Assembly (NCBI GenBank): GCA_030632085.1
Contig: DAOVJY010000002.1
Span: 248,319 to 312,318, forward strand
Origin: Candidatus Omnitrophota bacterium
GTDB lineage: Bacteria > Omnitrophota > Gorgyraeia > JAGLLT01
Length of the DNA: 64,000 bases
Reading direction: 5' to 3'
In this document: positions 8,683 to 16,188 of the stretch, one piece after another
Layout: every line of letters begins with the position of its first letter
How positions within the stretch are numbered: position 1 is the first letter of the stretch
Translations under genes and position numbers: made by a program
The notes under the pieces: generated by a model
What the model was told of the DNA's origin: nothing
The model's input: only the letters and a program-made list of their open reading frames with translations
Databases searched by the model: none

Positions 8683-9048
8683 ATGGTTATATTGGTTAAA
8701 TCGTTTGGTATTCTCATGGTAGCCCTTGGAGCTATTTTCCTGGCCAGGCCGGCTGGGATGAAAAACTACATAGCTTTCTGGGTGAAAGGAAAGAGGATTT
8801 ACACAGGCGCTGCTTTAAGTCTTATAATAGGTATTATCTTTTTGCTTGCCGCTTCAGGATGCAAGGTCGGTTGGTTTGTAGCGGTATTTGGCGTTCTGGC
8901 GTTTATCAAAGGCATTGCGCTGTTTGTCCTTGGACAGAAAAAGATAATGTCCATGATGAAGTGGTGGCAGGGAAGGTCGCTTTCATTTCTACGCTTCCAT
9001 GCCCTTTTAGCCTTAGCCGCCGGCGCCCTGCTTATCTACGCTGCATAA
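8683..9048 (+). CDS. Small multi-pass membrane protein
   Basis: Four hydrophobic segments; RBS AAGGAG before ATG 8683 (ORF track extension to 8548 runs through repeats). Confidence 0.7.
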   Translation: MVILVKSFGILMVALGAIFLARPAGMKNYIAFWVKGKRIYTGAALSLIIGIIFLLAASGCKVGWFVAVFGVLAFIKGIALFVLGQKKIMSMMKWWQGRSLSFLRFHALLALAAGALLIYAA

Positions 9049-9067
9049 ATATGCAATTCAGGACAAA

Positions 9068-9091
9068 TTCAGGGGACACAATATTTAATTA
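9068..9091 (+). repeat. Left-orientation junction repeat
   Basis: TTCAGGGGACACAATATTTAATTA is the reverse complement of the 3677 24-mer with 2 mismatches. Confidence 0.8.
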
Positions 9092-9209
9092 TTGACTTTT
9101 CAAATAGATAAGTATTGCGAGTGGGGGGAGTCCTGAGTATTTTTGAAGGGCATACCTAAATTTTTGTAAGTCCCAAAATGATGCGTTTCTAATTTTTTAA
9201 GGATGGAGT

Positions 9210-9482
9210 ATGGAGAAGGATTTAATAAATATAAAAGCAAGTGAAATTGCCGACTTTGAGTATTGTGAAGTTAGCTGGAGTTTTTCTAATATGCAACAGG
9301 GCGATGTTCAGATAGCTAACTTAAAAAAGGACTTTGCCAAGGGGAGTGTTGCTCATCAAGAACATATTCGAGCAGAAGAGGCGCTAAGTCAACTTATTCG
9401 TTATAAGAATCATGCTAAAGTTATCTTTATTCTATTTGCTTTAGGATTCCTAGTCTATTTACTTTACTTAGTGTGGAGATAA
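9210..9482 (+). CDS. Cas4-like N-terminal fragment protein with C-terminal TM helix
   Basis: IKASEIADFEYCE (first Fe-S Cys motif), GSVAH (G..H motif), hydrophobic C-terminus. Confidence 0.65.
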   Translation: MEKDLINIKASEIADFEYCEVSWSFSNMQQGDVQIANLKKDFAKGSVAHQEHIRAEEALSQLIRYKNHAKVIFILFALGFLVYLLYLVWR

Positions 9483-9483
9483 G

Positions 9484-10005
9484 ATGTCCATTGTGTTGAC
9501 AATTCTAATATTAGGTTGTTGCGCGCTTTTTTTATATATCTTAATTAAATCATTAATTAACGATAGAAATATAATCTATGTTGGCGATAAGAACAAAGTT
9601 TTAGTATATAATGAGGGAGATATAAGGATTATTGGAAGACCCGATTATATAAAAAGGGAAGAGAATAATTATGTCGCATACGAATATAAGAGCCTAAAAA
9701 TAAAATCCAAAAATGCCTATTTGGATCATAAGTTGCAATTAGCGTGCTATATGCGACTGGTAGAAAAGACCTTTAAACAGAAGCCTGATTATGGAATAAT
9801 TACTTATGGAAACAAGAGAAGATTTAAAATTAGTAATACTTTGGAACTACAGCAGAAATTGGATAAGAGAATCGACAGGCTTAAAGAGCTAAAAACTGGA
9901 AGAGCCGTGCCTGTTAGAAGCCATAATGTGTTTGAGAAATGCTTTGCTTGTAAGTATTATCCTATCTGTAAACACCGATTAGGGAAAAAGAAAATGGAGG
10001 GTTAA
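9484..10005 (+). CDS. Cas4-like PD-(D/E)xK nuclease core with N-terminal TM helix
   Basis: GRPDYI, YEYKS, QLACY, CFACKYYPIC (three Cys); N-terminal hydrophobic helix. Confidence 0.8.
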   Translation: MSIVLTILILGCCALFLYILIKSLINDRNIIYVGDKNKVLVYNEGDIRIIGRPDYIKREENNYVAYEYKSLKIKSKNAYLDHKLQLACYMRLVEKTFKQKPDYGIITYGNKRRFKISNTLELQQKLDKRIDRLKELKTGRAVPVRSHNVFEKCFACKYYPICKHRLGKKKMEG

Positions 10006-10006
10006 A

Positions 10007-10405
10007 GTGATAATACCAAATGAAGTAAAAAATTTATTTGATAAACAGTCTTTAGTTGCCTTTGGCACCGCGGACAAGCAAGGAAATCCAAATGTTGTTC
10101 CTATATTCTGGAAAGAGATCATCGATGGGGAAAGAATTTTGTTAATCGATAATTTTATGAAGATGACCAAAAAAAACCTTTTAGAAAATGGCAATGTTTG
10201 CCTGGCTTTTTGGGATTCAAAAACAAATGAGGCTTATAAGATTGAGGGGGAAGCTGTCTACTATGCACAAGGTTCGATTTATGAACAAGGCAAAAAATTT
10301 ATACAATCAAAAAAACCAGCAGCAATTCCAAAAGGAGTTGTTGAAATTAAAGTAAAAGAAATTTACACTATAAAACCGGGTTCCGACGCGGGTAAAAGAT
10401 TATAA
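10007..10405 (+). CDS. Pyridoxamine 5'-phosphate oxidase-like FMN-binding protein
   Basis: GTADKQGNPNVVPI, DNFMKMTKKNLLEN split-barrel motifs. Confidence 0.85.
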   Translation: MIIPNEVKNLFDKQSLVAFGTADKQGNPNVVPIFWKEIIDGERILLIDNFMKMTKKNLLENGNVCLAFWDSKTNEAYKIEGEAVYYAQGSIYEQGKKFIQSKKPAAIPKGVVEIKVKEIYTIKPGSDAGKRL

Positions 10406-10448
10406 AAAGCGGTCACCTTTTTCATTGAGAAGATAAGAGAAAATTAGT

Positions 10449-10480
10449 AGAAAGATAGTTAAGTGTTCTGTCCCCTGAAG
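10449..10480 (+). repeat. Isolated right end of the RAYT mini-element
   Basis: AGAAAGATAGTTAAGTGTTCTGTCCCCTGAAG, matching 6688-6719 and 11169-11198. Confidence 0.85.
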
Positions 10481-10486
10481 TCTTAC

Positions 10487-10523
10487 AATTCAGTTGCTTT
10501 TTTGGCTAATTTTTGGTATAAAT
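10487..10523 (+). promoter_or_regulatory. Repeated promoter module, copy 1
   Basis: AATTCAG TTGCTT-17bp-TATAAA T; similar copies at 17539, 18426, 20806. Confidence 0.7.
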
Positions 10524-10643
10524 GGGGACATTGGACAGGTTGTATTTTAATGTGGGTAGATATTAAAGCAGTATGGCATTGTGGATGTGAAGAGTATATA
10601 ATTATGGAAGAATATAGAAATATAATAAAGACTCAAATAGAGC

Positions 10644-10672
10644 TTGCTTTTAATAGGGCAGTAGTGTATATT
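10644..10672 (+). promoter_or_regulatory. Promoter upstream of abi stub
   Basis: TTGCTT-17bp-TATATT with TG extension. Confidence 0.55.
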
Positions 10673-10681
10673 GTAAATAGC

Positions 10682-10732
10682 AAACCCGCCGAGCCTCTGC
10701 TTAGCATGCTTAATTTCGGCGGGTATTTTTTT
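10682..10732 (+). ncRNA. Candidate abiF-type leader/antitoxin RNA hairpin
   Basis: Stem ACCCGCCGAG/TTCGGCGGGT plus T-tract, between a promoter and an Abi_2 start. Confidence 0.45.
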
Positions 10733-10751
10733 GCATACAGAAGGGGGTGCT

Positions 10752-10871
10752 ATGGAATATAAAAAGCATCCCCTTACTTATGCGGAACAAGCCGATCTCC
10801 TCATTTCACGCAAACTATCCGCTGACCGTAATGCTCTCATTGAAACGCTTAAAAATGTTAATTATTATCGG
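10752..10871 (+). pseudogene. 5' stub of Abi_2 (AbiD/AbiF) family protein
   Basis: MEYKKHPLTYAEQADLLISRKL...LKNVNYYR, typical Abi_2 N-terminus; cut at left end of mini-element copy 2. Confidence 0.75.
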
Positions 10872-10873
10872 AG

Positions 10874-11198
10874 TTCCGGGGACAGAACACTTAATTATTG
10901 AAAAGGTGTTGTTGCTTTGATAAAATCTATGTATGACAAGGATAGCGAGAATAGTTGCTTCCAATCACCCCAATCATATAATCCATCGCGGCAATCGCCG
11001 GGAAAAAGTTTTCTTTAATAAAGATGACAAACAGGTGTATCTTCGTGTATTAACTAATCAGGCCAAGAAATCGGGAATAGAATTTTCTTTAGGGGATGAG
11101 AGGTTTATTAAGAAGATTGAAGGAATTACCGGAAAGATATTGCAAAAAAATAGGCCGGGACCTATGCGGAAAGATAGTTAAGTGTTCTGTCCCCGGAA
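10874..11198 (+). mobile_element. Non-autonomous RAYT-derived mini-element, copy 2
   Basis: Perfect 21-bp terminal inverted repeats TTCCGGGGACAGAACACTTAA; same internal deletion as copy 1. Confidence 0.85.
10933..11181 (+). pseudogene. Internally deleted RAYT/Y1 transposase, copy 2
   Basis: 71 of 82 aa identical to 6453-6701 by manual comparison. Confidence 0.85.
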
Positions 11199-11266
11199 TC
11201 TTCCGGAATTTTATAGATCCTGGAAGGCCCAAAAAAGGGAGTTGACCTCTTTTTTTCCTTTTTTTT

Positions 11267-11432
11267 GGTAAATCTGACATCGGAGTAAACTTTATAAAAC
11301 TCCATAGTTTCTTGGCTAGAAATGAAGGATGTAATATTTTCTGCTTGTAGCCTCACAGAAATTAAATACAACCTCCGCTTGATTATCAGTATTTAGTTTC
11401 GTGTGAACAGCACACATTAATATCTCTTGCAT
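11267..11432 (-). pseudogene. Degraded 5' fragment of a large serine recombinase
   Basis: RBS AAGGGGG then MQEILMCAVHTKLNTDNQAEVVFNFCEA, continuing after a frameshift as ITSFISSQETMEFYKVYSDVRFT; matches resolvase-type N-terminus with decayed YxRxS motif. Confidence 0.65.
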
Positions 11433-11536
11433 ATTCCCCCTTTCAGCGTTAAAATACAAATATTGCAAGTAATTTAATTATAGCGTTACTATAATAAAAT
11501 ATCAGCAATATATTATTAGTTACTCAAGGATAAAAT

Positions 11537-11740
11537 ATACTCTCAAAAAATATTAAGTTTTTAAGAAAAAAACATAGCATATCCCAAGAAACGTTTGCCA
11601 AAGAAATAAAGATAACATATAGCACTCTCATTAAAATTGAAGTGGGTGCAAGCAAAAATCCTATCTTGTAAATCTTGCAAACTTTCCAGGGAATCGTTAA
11701 TGCGTTGGAGGTAAAAATAGATGAGTTGGCTCGTAAGTAA
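11537..11740 (+). pseudogene. XRE-family HTH regulator pseudogene
   Basis: ILSKNIKFLRKKHSISQETFAKEIKITYSTLIKIE..KNP; ATA at start position and in-frame TAA at 11669 within a 9-bp imperfect duplication. Confidence 0.75.
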
Positions 11741-11751
11741 AGGGATTAACT

Positions 11752-12342
11752 ATGACTAAAACAGATATTTTGCTTATGTTATTATTTTCAGATAGAGCTG
11801 CTCCGATAGTAGGTACAACCCGCTTACAAAAGCTCTTATTTCTGAGCGAACACGAAAGTGAAGTTAAGTGCGATAAGGAATCTTTTAATTTTGAAGCCTA
11901 CAAGTTTGGGCCAGTGTCTAAAACGCTATACGACGATATTGAGTTTTTAGTAAACGTAGGTTTTTTAGAAAAAACTGGAGAGGACGCAAGTATTGATATA
12001 TATTCTTTAGATGACTTAGATAGTATTAATGTTGAAAATTTAATTGAAACTTCAGAAAACGAAAAAGTAGACCTAATTAGCGAAAAGGAAGAAGGAATAT
12101 TTTCAGAAGATGACGATGAGAACAAAGCTACCACAGAAGATGATCTGACAGTTTATAAAATCACAGATAAAGGTATTGGATACCTAAAAGAAAATAATCT
12201 AATAGGAGCAAAAGAAGCCAAAGAAATAGAAAATATAAAAAAGCGCTATGGAAAGAAATCTCTTATTGAATTATTGCGATATGTATATATGAAATATCCA
12301 AAATATACTACTGAGTCAGAAATAAAAGATGAATTATTATGA
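11752..12342 (+). CDS. Panacea/SocA (DUF4065/YwgA)-like protein with acidic insertion
   Basis: GTTRLQKLLFL, FEAYKFGPVS, YKITDKG, ELLRYVYMKYP. Confidence 0.7.
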   Translation: MTKTDILLMLLFSDRAAPIVGTTRLQKLLFLSEHESEVKCDKESFNFEAYKFGPVSKTLYDDIEFLVNVGFLEKTGEDASIDIYSLDDLDSINVENLIETSENEKVDLISEKEEGIFSEDDDENKATTEDDLTVYKITDKGIGYLKENNLIGAKEAKEIENIKKRYGKKSLIELLRYVYMKYPKYTTESEIKDELL

Positions 12343-12884
12343 GTAATGGAAATAAAGAATTCAGTAATATTGGATTTATGCTATCTATTTTTGGGCCTAG
12401 TGCTATTTCTGCAATGTTTGCAATAATTACAAAACCACTCACTGAAAAATCAACCTTTGATGCTTTACGTAAAAACTTTCTAGAAACAATACGATTTCGC
12501 ATGGCTGCCGAGATAGCAGTGATGTTGCCTCCAAAGACAGGAAGAACGGTGAATGATGATTATGTTTCAATGTGTAAAACAAAACTAAATGAATATTTCG
12601 CAAATAATTCTGTTTTGTTGGTTGATTTTTTATACTCGGAAAAGTTATATATGTCCTACGGAAAGCTTTTTATTATATTTAAATACGCTATAGTGCTAAT
12701 TCCAGTGGTAGCTATCTTATGCGGCATCATATTGATTATCTATTTTCGTGATACGCTCAGTATAAAAAATTGTGGATTGTTTGTGTTTTTTTCTCTAGTG
12801 TTTGTTTTTGCAACTTGGCTTTTTAAAGAGCGTCGGCGAGATCAATACAGTGATTTATGTTCAAAATATGAAGTGGTTAAATAG
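12339..12884 (+). CDS. Membrane protein (about 3 TM), possible effector
   Basis: One N-terminal and two C-terminal hydrophobic helices; 4-bp overlap with upstream gene. Confidence 0.6.
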   Translation: MSNGNKEFSNIGFMLSIFGPSAISAMFAIITKPLTEKSTFDALRKNFLETIRFRMAAEIAVMLPPKTGRTVNDDYVSMCKTKLNEYFANNSVLLVDFLYSEKLYMSYGKLFIIFKYAIVLIPVVAILCGIILIIYFRDTLSIKNCGLFVFFSLVFVFATWLFKERRRDQYSDLCSKYEVVK

Positions 12885-13310
12885 GTGACTATTAACACTA
12901 AGTCAAATCCTTCTGAAAAAAAGATAGTAGCAGCGGTGGCTAAATTATTGCGGAAAAATGGGTATATAAATCAAAAAACTGAGGCCCAGATCTGTGAAAG
13001 ATTCATTGATTTAGTCTGTTGGGATAAAAGAAAGAAAAAGATTGTTGCTGTAGAGGCAAAGGTAAAGGCCCCATCAAAAGCATTTGAGCAGGCAATGCGA
13101 TATAGATATGTTGCAGATCATGTGTATGTTGCAATATTGAGAAATGGGTGTAATAAGAGAGCGATAGAATTGTCAGATAGAACTGGAATTGGATTAATTT
13201 TCGTAAGACGCGACTCATTAGAACGTTATTATGCAAAGATAGAAATAGAACCTGTCAAGTCTGAGTTAAAAAACGAAAAGCTTGCAAAGTATTTTTTTAG
13301 TGATGTTTAG
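12885..13310 (+). CDS. Small PD-(D/E)xK-fold nuclease-like protein
   Basis: E...IDLV...AVEAK...AFEQAMRY...VYVA...GIGLI pattern. Confidence 0.7.
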   Translation: MTINTKSNPSEKKIVAAVAKLLRKNGYINQKTEAQICERFIDLVCWDKRKKKIVAVEAKVKAPSKAFEQAMRYRYVADHVYVAILRNGCNKRAIELSDRTGIGLIFVRRDSLERYYAKIEIEPVKSELKNEKLAKYFFSDV

Positions 13311-13331
13311 ATTATAGTGTTGGAGGTTGTT

Positions 13332-14744
13332 ATGGAGAAAAGTTTCTTATTAAGAATTGGTTCTAATGCAGAAAAGCAATATGTAAAAAAAATGGGGTCA
13401 CTTTTTTCAGGATTGGTGGTTAGAGCGAACTATTTTGAATCTGCGCCCGGAATGTTAAGTGCATTATTTTTAAAATTTGATTCTTTAAATCCATCAAAAG
13501 GATTTATTATTGATCCCGTCACGTATGTTTTTATGCTTGACTCAAAATATATCAGAAGCTGGCAAAAGATTAATGGGGAGAAATCGGAGGAAAAAATAAG
13601 AAAAGATTTACATATAGATGTTTCAGAAAATGTCCCAAATGAGTGGGTGCGTACAATACAAGATCCTACCGAAAAGCAAAAAAATAAAGTTGAAATCTAT
13701 AATATAAAAAAGGCTTATCGTAAATTAGCAGATTCCTATTTTACTCCTAACATGGCCCATGAAATAGGGAAACGGTCACTTGTCAAGGAAGATTTTAGTG
13801 AGCAAGATATACGTGAATTTGTAATGAAAGTGATCAATTACCAAGTGCAGGCGATTAGTACGCGGTATGATACAGCAAAATATTCCGATTTTAAAGCTAT
13901 TGTTCCACGCCCGCTGATGATACTTTCGCCCTATTTTTTGATAAGAAATCAAAGTGATTTAGACTTTATGGAAAGAATATGGAAGCGATTTGATTCCCAA
14001 TATACCAGAGATGATGGGGCCATTGTAGTACATTGTGCGGCAGAATTTTTTGAGATTAATTATCGGTCAATTTTAGAAGTTGTAGCTAAATTGAGTAAAA
14101 AAAATATTTTTTTGTGGATTAATAAATTTGACGAAAAAAAAGTTTCATCTACTCAACTTGATGGATATATAAAATTTGTAAGCAGTGCATATGATCAGGG
14201 CATAAGTGTAACTAACCTGTATGCGGGGGGATTATCCTCTTTTCTTTTTCCATTTGGTCTTACTGGAATGGTAAATAATATAGGATATGGTTTGCAGCGT
14301 GATGCTGAACCAGTTCAAGGAGGAATACCAACAGCTCAATTTTATATACCTAAATTACATATTCGCGCACAGGTTTTAGCAACTTACGATTTATTAGTAA
14401 AAAATGAATTAGGCGGTACAGCAAAAGACTTTTATCGTAACGTTTGTTCTTGTCCGATATGTAAAAAAGGAATCCGCGAGGAATTAAGCGATTTTATCAG
14501 TTTTTATGGTGAAGCGGATTATCCTAAAAGCAATTCAGAAAGCTCACGAAAGTATCCAACATCAAAAGCATTAAAGCGATGTTTTTTCCATTTTCTTTTT
14601 TCTAGATTGAAAGAATACAAATGGGCGATAAAGGCAAGTAAGCAGGAAGCAATAGATTTGCTAGATAGCGAAATAGCTTTATGGCGTACCGATAAAGATC
14701 ATCTTCAGAGGATGAGAGATGCGTTAGATGCAATAGCAAAATAG
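13332..14744 (+). CDS. Uncharacterised TIM-barrel-like protein with CxCxxC...H zinc motif (TGT/beta-protein-like)
   Basis: IIDPVTY, ILSPYF, GG..QFYIPKLH, CSCPIC and downstream FFH; RBS GGAGG before ATG 13332. Confidence 0.5.
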   Translation: MEKSFLLRIGSNAEKQYVKKMGSLFSGLVVRANYFESAPGMLSALFLKFDSLNPSKGFIIDPVTYVFMLDSKYIRSWQKINGEKSEEKIRKDLHIDVSENVPNEWVRTIQDPTEKQKNKVEIYNIKKAYRKLADSYFTPNMAHEIGKRSLVKEDFSEQDIREFVMKVINYQVQAISTRYDTAKYSDFKAIVPRPLMILSPYFLIRNQSDLDFMERIWKRFDSQYTRDDGAIVVHCAAEFFEINYRSILEVVAKLSKKNIFLWINKFDEKKVSSTQLDGYIKFVSSAYDQGISVTNLYAGGLSSFLFPFGLTGMVNNIGYGLQRDAEPVQGGIPTAQFYIPKLHIRAQVLATYDLLVKNELGGTAKDFYRNVCSCPICKKGIREELSDFISFYGEADYPKSNSESSRKYPTSKALKRCFFHFLFSRLKEYKWAIKASKQEAIDLLDSEIALWRTDKDHLQRMRDALDAIAK

Positions 14745-14755
14745 ATAAAAGTGGG

Positions 14756-14915
14756 AAAAGGGGTCAGGGGTCAGAGTCATTTTTCATTCTGGCAGATAAG
14801 TATTGTATTGTTAGATTTTCGCATGTCTCAGATTAATTAGGAAGCGTCCCTATTAAAATGAGAAGAAGAGAGCGGGGCGCAGGAAGAAAGAGAAATAAGT
14901 ATTGTGTCCCTAGAA
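14756..14915 (+). repeat. Cluster of junction repeats
   Basis: AAAAGGGGTCAGGGGTCAGAGTC, GATAAGTATTG, AATTAGGAAGCGTCCCTATT, tail encoding RAGRRKKEK-stop, then AGTATTGTGTCCCTAGAA. Confidence 0.75.
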
Positions 14916-14973
14916 TTTCGCCAAAGAAAAGTTACAGGAAATATTTAATAAAAAACTAGAAAGAAAAAATATA

Positions 14974-15537
14974 GTGGAAAATTCACTTCAAGCAAAGACA
15001 TATAATACATTAGCCATTGTTAGTTTGTTTCTTAGTTTACTTATCTTTATTCCGCTTACAGGATTGGCTGGTTTAGTAGTGGGTATAATTGCTCTAGCTA
15101 AAATCTCGAAATGTAAAAAAGAACTTACTGGTCAAGGTTTGGCTATTGCAGGCACGATAATTGGTGGCATCAGAACAGTCTTATTACTAGTACTTGTCAT
15201 AGGTTTCTTTGCAGGTCTTATAGGACCAGGTATTCAGTCGGCAAAAACAGAAGCATTAGAAGTGCAAGCAGCAAGCAATTTAAGACAAACTGGCATTGCT
15301 CTATATGCCTACGCAAAAAATCATGAAGGTAATCTACCTGAAAAACTTTCTGAACTAAATGATGCTGGTTATATTGATGATGCGAGTATAGGCATTTTAT
15401 ATGATAATTTTCAACAGGGGTATTTTTGTGGCGATAAAAATCTTTATCGTATGGCGGAGGAAGATATACTGATTAAAGACACAAAATACAATATTAACCT
15501 CTATGCCAACGGAAGCGTTGGCCCTTCCCACCATTAA
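14974..15537 (+). CDS. DUF4190 membrane protein with pilin-like C-terminal region
   Basis: LAIVSL..GIIALAKI..GQGLAIAG; ASNLRQTGIALYAYA..LPEKLSEL. Confidence 0.75.
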   Translation: MENSLQAKTYNTLAIVSLFLSLLIFIPLTGLAGLVVGIIALAKISKCKKELTGQGLAIAGTIIGGIRTVLLLVLVIGFFAGLIGPGIQSAKTEALEVQAASNLRQTGIALYAYAKNHEGNLPEKLSELNDAGYIDDASIGILYDNFQQGYFCGDKNLYRMAEEDILIKDTKYNINLYANGSVGPSHH

Positions 15538-15564
15538 TAGTAAAAAAATAAAAGAAGGTGGCGA

Positions 15565-15632
15565 ATTAAAGAGACGGTTCTATCCTATAACGGTAAAGCT
15601 ACGGTGGACAAGTTTTTTAAAAAAATTGGCAG
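15565..15632 (+). repeat. Junction repeat
   Basis: AAAGAGACGGTTCTAT and TTTTTTAAAAAAATTGGCAG shared with 8606-8641. Confidence 0.6.
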
Positions 15633-15645
15633 AAAGACACAATAA

Positions 15646-16158
15646 ATGAATATAAAATCAGGAGACATATTATTATTTAAAGCTGAAAAAGGTATATCCA
15701 GGCTCATTGCCTGGGGCACAAACAGCAAGTATTCGCATGTGGCGGTGTGTGTGTCGGCTGAGATGAACCTTGCTATAGAAGCTATGGCAGGTGGGGTGAG
15801 GGCGAGAGATATAAGAACGATAGAAGAGCCGTATGATATATATAGAATTAAAGAGGGACATAGTTATAATCTAAATAAGACTATTTCATTTCTGGTGAGT
15901 AAGCTGAATTTAAAATATGATTACTTAGGTGTATTTTTTCTTGGATTTATAAAGCTTATGTCAAAGATTGGCAAGCCGCTGAAAAAGGCGGCGAATAAGT
16001 GGCAGATAGACAGGGATTATTTCTGCTCGGAGTTATGCTATAAGGCTTTTTATAATGGCGGTAATCTGGATATTGTGCCTGATACTGATGAGGCAGATGT
16101 TACTTCGCCGGGTGATATTTCTAAAAGTTCCATAGTGGAACTAATAGCTAATGGCTAA
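15646..16158 (+). CDS. Permuted papain-like NlpC/P60 (YiiX/YebB) protein
   Basis: GDILLF, YSHVA, YDY, FCSEL, SPGDI motifs. Confidence 0.85.
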   Translation: MNIKSGDILLFKAEKGISRLIAWGTNSKYSHVAVCVSAEMNLAIEAMAGGVRARDIRTIEEPYDIYRIKEGHSYNLNKTISFLVSKLNLKYDYLGVFFLGFIKLMSKIGKPLKKAANKWQIDRDYFCSELCYKAFYNGGNLDIVPDTDEADVTSPGDISKSSIVELIANG

Positions 16159-16188
16159 TAGCTAAGAGCGTACGAATGGAGATATAGA

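Noticed and set aside
9210-10005. CRISPR-Cas adaptation module
   Set aside because: Cas4-like motifs only; no cas1, cas2 or array nearby
10463-10762. 99-aa ORF
   Set aside because: Starts inside a repeat end and runs across two promoters and a hairpin; no RBS or recognisable motif
11669-11671. Programmed readthrough in the XRE gene
   Set aside because: TAA stop inside a 9-bp duplication, and the start codon is also degenerate; decay is simpler
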